64,000 nt of DNA from Eledone cirrhosa (Eukaryota): the NCBI GenBank assembly GCA_964016885.1, contig OZ024745.1, forward strand, positions 72,602,001 to 72,666,000, in the 5' to 3' direction. The notes beneath the pieces were generated by a model. The model made no database searches. It was not told the DNA's origin and was given only the letters and a program-made list of their open reading frames with translations. The stretch's first letter is position 1; each line of letters starts with the position of its first letter. Made by a program: the position numbers and the translations under genes. Shown here one piece after another: positions 56,443 to 64,000 of this stretch.

Positions 56443-56679
56443 GCGCACACAATTCAAATGATGATGCATTATTAGTTTCGAAGGCAATCATTCAGTTGTT
56501 CGATCAACGTGAACTACAGAACGTTTGCTGTTAACATAATTCCCGAGGCAAAACCAGTGATATATACATACAGTGATGTATATATATTGTATATTAAAGA
56601 TATAGCTAAATATAATAGAGGAATGGGGCCTGTTGGGATAAGCCCTACCTTACCAGGGATATACACACACACACACACG

Positions 56680-56784
<105 letters not shown>

Positions 56785-56816
56785 GCTGAAGTAGGGCTTA
56801 TATATATATATATATA

Positions 56817-57127
56817 AACACGTGAGCGTGACATCGTCCCATCTCCATACACTTGCTGCAGCAATCTCAGTGCTTCTGACGGAGTTTTCCCCAACCGTAC
56901 AAGAAACTTTAAGTTTGTTCGTTGCTCTGTGCTCATTGCTTGACGACCTGAAACAGAGGACATGTATATAAAATTATGAAGGAAAAAGTTTGATCGCTGC
57001 AGAGAGCTAAGATTACAGTTACATTCTCCAGGGGGATTACTTTGAAGGAGAAAACTCTTATTGTGAATTTTGGGTTTGAAATAAATCTTTTGTGACATCA
57101 GTCCTGGAACTTTTCTGACACACCTCG

Positions 57128-57129
<2 letters not shown>
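56817..57129 (-). mobile_element. mariner fragment with TIR
   Basis: Minus strand has the TIR TACGAGGTGTGTCAGAAAAGTTCC, then MSTEQRTNLKFLVRLGKTPSEALRLLQQVYGDGTMSRSRV (mariner N-terminal HTH). Truncated at (TA)n. Confidence 0.85.
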
Positions 57130-57161
<32 letters not shown>

Positions 57162-57179
57162 AGCCCTACTTTAGCAGGG

Positions 57180-57220
<41 letters not shown>

Positions 57221-60200
57221 TTTAAGATATCACATCGATCTTTCATACTTGGTGATTGCTGCCAGTTAAAGCATGGAATTCCCACGAAGTCAGCTAGTAC
57301 TCGAATAGTACTAGAAATATCAGCTAGTACTGAAGTATCAATACGGCAAAACGGTTACAAATGAATTGCGTTATTATATATACTCTGCTTAGTTGACAAC
57401 ACATTATATATCATTTTTAATTGTAATATAGTTGTCATGTAACTTTAACGAACCTTAAGTGAACACGCTCATTAATGGCGTGATCGGTTTCAATTTTATA
57501 ACGAATCATCTTTGTTTTGTATATCAAGAGTAAACCATTGAGTGAAGCTATTAATGCTACAACAATATATTTTGACAAACTATTTCAACCAAACTAGAAT
57601 TAATACCTCTATGTGTTGGGTAGCTTGCCACAGTTATAAAATCCATATACACCATAGTATTTTGTTAAAATTTCGTAACATTTCTTTATATTGCTAATAT
57701 TTATTACCTTAGATCACAGATGACTTGTTTTGCAAAAGGAACCCCTTGTAGTCGGTATTTAATATTATAATTACCTATTCATATAGTCGCAATGTCCCTG
57801 TTCATTTTGTTCGCACATATTGTTAAATATCAGCCGATTTGATGGATGATTAAACATCTAGAACAAAAAAAAAACAAGTGCCTTCTTTATGGTCCTCTAT
57901 GCTAAGCAGGTCATAATAGAGGAGAAGTCACAAACCTATTTCCTTTGTAAATAAAGTACACATAATAGGTTCTGAAGGTGATACGTGAGGTTGTGTGTTA
58001 CCATTAACAAAATAATTATTAGTCTTACCTTCTCTACATCCGGTGGATAAATTTACCTTCTCATTTTCTATGATTTAATTTCTTTATTGTTTCACATTTT
58101 ACTTTATTTTCAACTCTATTATCTAAATACGTTTAGCGGTAACAATAATAAACACAACCAATCTAAACGGGTGGGTGATTTAGATTTAATCCAGTTAATT
58201 CCATTTACACTACTAATTCGCTCGTGACATCTTCAATACCACACACTTTAATCTATGTTGTACATTTGAGGCATTTTCCTTACATAAAAAAATAATTAAG
58301 AACTATTACTATGAAAATTTAAAATATTGGGATTTATTTATAACTTATCTGATTGTTTGTATAATGATTCATACAATGTAAGAATTACTGTATAATGATA
58401 CAAATAAAGGGACATCTAGTTGACAGTGAAATTGGCGATTAAAAATATATGAATCCTCTTAGGATATCATATAATCAAAATATACTGAACCAGAATCATA
58501 TTCAGCATTAATTTTAGATAAAATTTCGATAGTCTTTTGAAAACCCTCAAGAGGATTGCTCTTTCACCAAATATACTTGATAATAATAGGATTTTAACAT
58601 AACGATTGCTGGTAAATCAGATAAAATACCTCAATTGATATTAAGTTTACTTTCTCAGGCTTTCACCAGTCTAAGAGTAAAATATTAAAACCACATTACA
58701 TTTCGATAGAATATCACAGAAAAGTGTACGTTTGGTATTTTATTACATATCTTAATTGTAAATTCTGTATTAAATTCTTTCTTCATTAAAATATAATTAC
58801 TGAAATTGTTAGTATAATTAAAACAATCTGATAACACGCTGCTTTTTAAACTGTAAGGAAATATTATTTTCTTTATAATTTTCTGACTGTTTCTATTTCA
58901 ATAAAGATGTTTGTGTCTTTTTCTGGTAATCCAACGAATGCTTGGGAGCTTTTTGTACATTTATTCATCTCTCCCTCTAAAACTTCCGTTTTCCACGGTT
59001 GTAAGTGACTAGTTTCATAATATGTAAGGCATCTTAATCCTTTTCTCAGGAACTTGCTTTATTATTGCGGGAATAATTATGTTCAAACTTTCACACGTTT
59101 ACAAACACGTATGCAATAAATATATGTATGTGTGTGTGTTAAGGGAGAGGGAGAATGTGTACAATTATAATTTTAATGAAAAGAACAGGTCATATTCATA
59201 TTCAAGAACAGGTCATATATGTATATATATATATATAATATTCGCGCACAAATTCCCATAAGTATATATATATATATACTTATGGGAATTTATGCGCGAA
59301 AATTTACAGGGTCATCCAGACAGGTGTGATTGATTCACTTGATGCCCAGTTTCAACTTCTGCTGAGTTGGAGGAAATTGTTGCATATCACGAGATCATTC
59401 CAGGGTTGTATAGATTTCAGTAAAAGATGTAGGATGAGATTGCGATTGAGACATATTATGGTTGAAGGGAAGAGAAAACGCTGAGATGCTCACGGTTTGA
59501 TCATAGATCTACTGAATAAGGGTGAAATTTGGGGCTAAACAATACCCCCGGGCATATTTCTACTCCGCTGCAACTTGCCGAAGAGTTAGTAAATATATTG
59601 GGCATAATGGTTGAGTAAATAAGACTGCCAGTTACGAGTTTATATGGACTGTATCACATTTTACTTTTCTATTTTCATAATTTTTCTCAGAATTCTTTTC
59701 ACATTTTCATGAAGGACGCTATTAAATTTATTCTTGATATCAAATGTGGTCATATAACGCTTAGGTGGCATTCAGCTAGGAAGATCACAAACCATTTTAT
59801 TGATGGAAAATAAATTCTGCGTCACCGAAGAAGTATTTATATGGTGTTAAATGAATCGTGCCCATCAACAAAATGTCCCATGTATGGTGAGAGCCTGTGG
59901 GTTGCAGCTACAGCAGATTTGAGAGCAATGTTCTAGTGCATATAGGCTATGTGATCAGCAACTAATCATGATTATCACAAACATTTATCACTGAATTTAA
60001 GAGCTCGCACACAAACTAAGTATATGTTTGTTTGCATAAATATGTATGTGCAACAGAATCAAACTTTATTTGGATCCTCAGATATAACATTCTATTCTTG
60101 TAAATGAACCAAAAGTTCCGAATTTTCATTCATGACCTTTTACACAATAACTATGTTTTGAAATCCATTAAGGTTCTGTAGAAGTTAACAGAATAATTTC

Positions 60201-62293
60201 CAAATTAGGTTCAAAAGACAAATTAAAAGGCAAAACAATTAACGGCCAAATGCATGACATTCATTTTCTTTCTGTCGAAGTAACTTTTTTTTTTTATTAT
60301 TCATTGACTGAATTCCAAAATGGTAAGCTGGAATATCAAATTATTTACAAAAGAGTTTTCTAAAATAGCATCTGAGAGTTAGAGTGGCAGACACAAATCA
60401 TAGGTCTTAGACAAGCTAATTATGGTAACTATATAAGTATTTACCAGTTACTCGAAGGCCAAGCGTGTGCTTAAGTGTTCTAGTTTTGAAGATTGTACTT
60501 GAGCATGAGAGTCTTAGCCCTTCAGTTACTATTATAGCTTTGTAACTATAATGAAGTCTTCATCACTCTATCCATGTATTGAGTTTTATTTTCCCTTTTG
60601 CATAGCCCAACCTAGGTAGGCTGTTATTAGTTTTTACTTTAAGATCACTAATTGGTACCGAAAGAGTTGTAGTATGCTTCCTGGAGTTAGAATTGTGGTT
60701 GTAAATGTATGTTAGGATTCTACTGTCTAATCATGGAGTATTGTTTAGTAAGAGTAATATTGCCGCGATCAAACAGTGGTACATCGTTGAAAAATGTAAT
60801 ATGTAACTAATACCTCACTTGTAAGAAACTCAATTGTGTGATAATGACAGTATATATGTTTATATGAGCTGAATTGTAAACTTAATTTGACCCTTCCTCG
60901 AAGAATATCAGCTGTTCTGGCAGGCAAAGGCAATGAATGTAATAAAACCCTAAATCAGATACGCCGTCGATCTGGGTGTTGGCTAATTTATAGATAAAAT
61001 AAAAACACACAGATAAAATACATATAAATATTGATTCTAACATAGGCACAGGTCATGTTTTTGTTGAGGTGGGAATTTTATAAAATAAGTCTTATTTGAC
61101 CTGTGTTTATTTTATCGAACCTAAAAGAATAAAGAATGAAAAGCAATGTCCACGTCGATGAATTCATAAATATTGTATTCTGTACTTCTTGCTAACTGTT
61201 TATATGTATATAATGCATGAAAACATCATTTCTGCATATATACTTACTTGTAGTTATGTGTGGGGCATACAGGATTTTATATAGGGTAGTAAACGATGAA
61301 TTAAAAACATACATATTCCTTTCTATACAATGAAAGAAACATCAGTTGATGAGTTCACTATCTGTTAATTGGCATTTGTCTTGAAATAGATGAAACAGAA
61401 AGACATTTTTTTATTTTCATTAGAACCAGGTCTCGAAGGAGTGGTTATCCATATATTCAAACGCACCACCTAAAACAATCTCTGGTGATATGAAAATAAC
61501 CAGTTTATTTCAAAATATTTATATTAATCTGAACATCTTCCGTCACGATTTTATTTTAGAACCTAAACGCTAGTTTAATAATTATAATGAGAAAAATAGC
61601 TATGTTACTAAATCCCATCAATCTCTTGATTATTTTCAGATTTATTTTAAAATTATAAACGGTGTCTTTCATTAAAAATATGATAATGAAAGGGATAAAA
61701 CTATGATTATTTTGTGGTGCATGTTTCAGATGTAACTGCACTTCACGGTTGATGCAGCTTTATTTACCCACAAATTGATTAGGTCTCCGTTTTACTAAAA
61801 TACAAGAACTATTAGTAAAACAAAAACAAAACAATTCTATAGTATACTATAAAACTAAACTAAAAGAAAACATCACTCGAAATGGAGTATAACTTGGTAG
61901 TATGTACCATGCTTTCGCTAAGGGTTGTAGGTGTCTATGCAGTCACGAGTGCTCTCTCGACAATCCCTTTCTTGATCCCAAAGAACTTCCATGAAAGAGT
62001 GATGCACAGGCACTGGTTTATATTTTCTTTATCGATCCTGTCTATCTGTCTGTTTCCCTCTGAATTGCAATTTATTTTCCCCAATTATTTTCCCCACAAC
62101 ACTGTGGTCTTGCTAAGAAAGGCAAAGAATAGTAGACTTTATGGAATGTTGAATAAATTCAGTTGCATTAGCACACGAAAATCTAGAGATCATGAAACAC
62201 GAAACTTTCTCACCCTACGGAAAAATTTGTGTTTCAAGGCCGAGGACGAAATGATATCTTGCTACATTCCTTGAAAGGAAAGTGAGTCTAAAC

Positions 62294-62420
62294 CAGTGAT
62301 TCCCAAGGTGGACACTATCATCCCCTTTAGTGTTCTGAGATACTCAAAAGCAGCACTAACAGGCACGGGGTAGTAGAGGGTTGTTGGATGGCAGGCAGTG
62401 TTAAAGAATATAAATTCGTA
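62294..62420 (+). mobile_element. possible hAT (Charlie-like) terminal fragment
   Basis: CAGTGATTCCCAAGGTGG resembles hAT TIRs. No partner TIR found. Confidence 0.3.
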
Positions 62421-62623
62421 GTTTCTCGTAAATCTGTCACCCTTCAGTTATTCAATAAATACTTAAATACATAATACAAACACACACACACATATATATA
62501 TATATATATGCGTGTGTGTACATATATATAACAAAGGAAATGTGGTAAGGAACCAGATGGACCATAACGCACCAGAGTACTCAATACTTAGGGTAGTAGA
62601 GTGGGAAATAGGAAAAAGTATGA

Positions 62624-62717
62624 CCCCGACAGCAGAGCTCAAGCCGTATCGACGGCTATTTCTGGACTAAATTAGAATATTTAGCCTGGTGAATAAATAG
62701 CCGAACTTGTCAAGGGG
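62624..62717 (-). ncRNA. type I hammerhead, U3-A8 variant with long helix II and GAUA in place of GAAA
   Basis: Minus strand: CCCC-TTGACAA-gtt CGGCTATTT ... AAATAGCCG tc-GATA-CGGC ttgagctct GCTG-TC-GGGG. Confidence 0.68.
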
Positions 62718-63475
62718 GTACTTCCTTATATGGGAAGATTGTAGTTGTCAAGTGGATTGGTTAAAATTTGTTGTAAACACAAATAAGTCTATCATGGCAT
62801 TTAGTGGGAGGTAGGGGTGGCTGAACTTGCCTGTAGAACAATAGGGGAGTGAGTGGAGCGGTCAAGCGTTGAAAGTGATATGTATACAGCAGAATCTAAG
62901 GATAGTGTATGAAGTGGAGGAGGGAGGTTATAGAATAGGTAAATCGAATGAGAGTAGGAGACAATAAAAGATAATAGAAAGAAATAAAAAAAATATCTAA
63001 AAATCACAATGCTATCTTACAATTACAGGTTAATAAGTTGAGAATAGAAAAAAATTGTAGAAATTACAAAACTGATACAAAATTTGCTATAAGTAGTTAG
63101 TAAAACGTGTTAGGCCAATTCTATCTTAAAATTACAGGGGTGGGGGAACTGATGCTACAGAGGCCCGATGGGCTGCATCAGGGTAGGCGAAAGGGGAAAA
63201 GCAGACGAGGAAGAAAATTGGGGGTGGAAGGAAGTGATAGGATGAGACAGGAGAAGAAGAAGACAAAGAGGAAAAGAAAAGAGATACAACTACCTATGTA
63301 AGCTGGGGTTTCCCCTAACTTATTCGGCAAGTGGGGGAGGGTCAAGCAGAAATTGAAAATTGAAAATTAGAATTGGTGCGCCAATTCTAATTTTCAATTT
63401 CTGCTTGACCGGCAATCGCTCTGTATAATCAGTTTCTGATTATTACTAGAATTCTATAAGAATCAAACATTCATG

Positions 63476-63570
63476 ATTTTCAGCAAACAGGCGGAGTACT
63501 TAGCTTTGATAAGCACCAAAAAGTGCGAAACAGAGCTCTGTCAGCTTTATCTCCCCTGTTTGCTGAAAAT
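63476..63570 (+). ncRNA. type I hammerhead ribozyme, U3-A8 core variant
   Basis: AGCT-TTGATAA-GCAC caaaaa GTGC-GAAA-CAG AGCT CTG-TC-AGCT. All three helices pair and the cleavage triplet is GUC (cut after 63542). Helix I extends through an internal loop to a 16-bp stem. Confidence 0.8.
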
Positions 63571-64000
63571 TAAAGTAAGTGAGATTGTCACTACTCTAAA
63601 ACAATAGCGTAAGGTCTTCGAAATGCTTTTAATTAAGCATACAGTGTATTGCAAAATACACTATATATACATTCATATATATATGGCTATTTCAGAGCAC
63701 CAATTCTAATTTTCATATATATATATATATATATATATAGGATTATCCTGGATGCAGTAATGGTTAATTACTACACTGGATGGAGTTGACGTACTAAATG
63801 ACAGAATCGAACGATCATTATACTGCAACCACAAACTGAAAGCTAAATTCTCTCACTATAAAATAACTTAACATTCGAACCCGTAACTATAACATTGCTT
63901 TCTAGCTAACTACTTTCTCTCAATAACAACTTCTTAACTATATCCACCCACTACAAGACAATACCCTGCTTATCACTATAAATGGAAACTTAGTGCAATT

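Overview
AT-rich, microsatellite-dense eukaryotic DNA. The SINE families and repeat landscape suggest an octopus genome (inference). The only host gene I can support is the 3' part of an ADAMTS-like gene (punctin/MADD-4 type) on the + strand. Five exons (13989-14190, 22423-23244, 24319-24501, 25186-25333, 45158-45279) join in frame through GT-AG introns and encode TSP1 repeats, an Ig domain and a terminal PLAC domain. The introns and flanks carry a 5'-truncated RTE LINE with three C-terminal C2H2 fingers and two ~97% identical inverted copies of a ~605-bp non-coding element that shares the LINE's 3' tail. They also carry two R4/Dong-type 3' fragments in (TAA)n, two mariner relics, a probable non-autonomous Helitron and many tRNA-derived SINEs. 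The most unusual signal is a set of at least seven type I hammerhead ribozyme folds with mostly unrelated helix sequences, next to (TA)n tracts and often inside fold-back duplications. Three unrelated ones carry the double substitution U3-A8 in place of the C3-G8 core pair, which looks compensatory rather than decayed. Almost all ORF-track entries are microsatellite or antisense artefacts. All folds and alignments were done by eye and no activity is shown.
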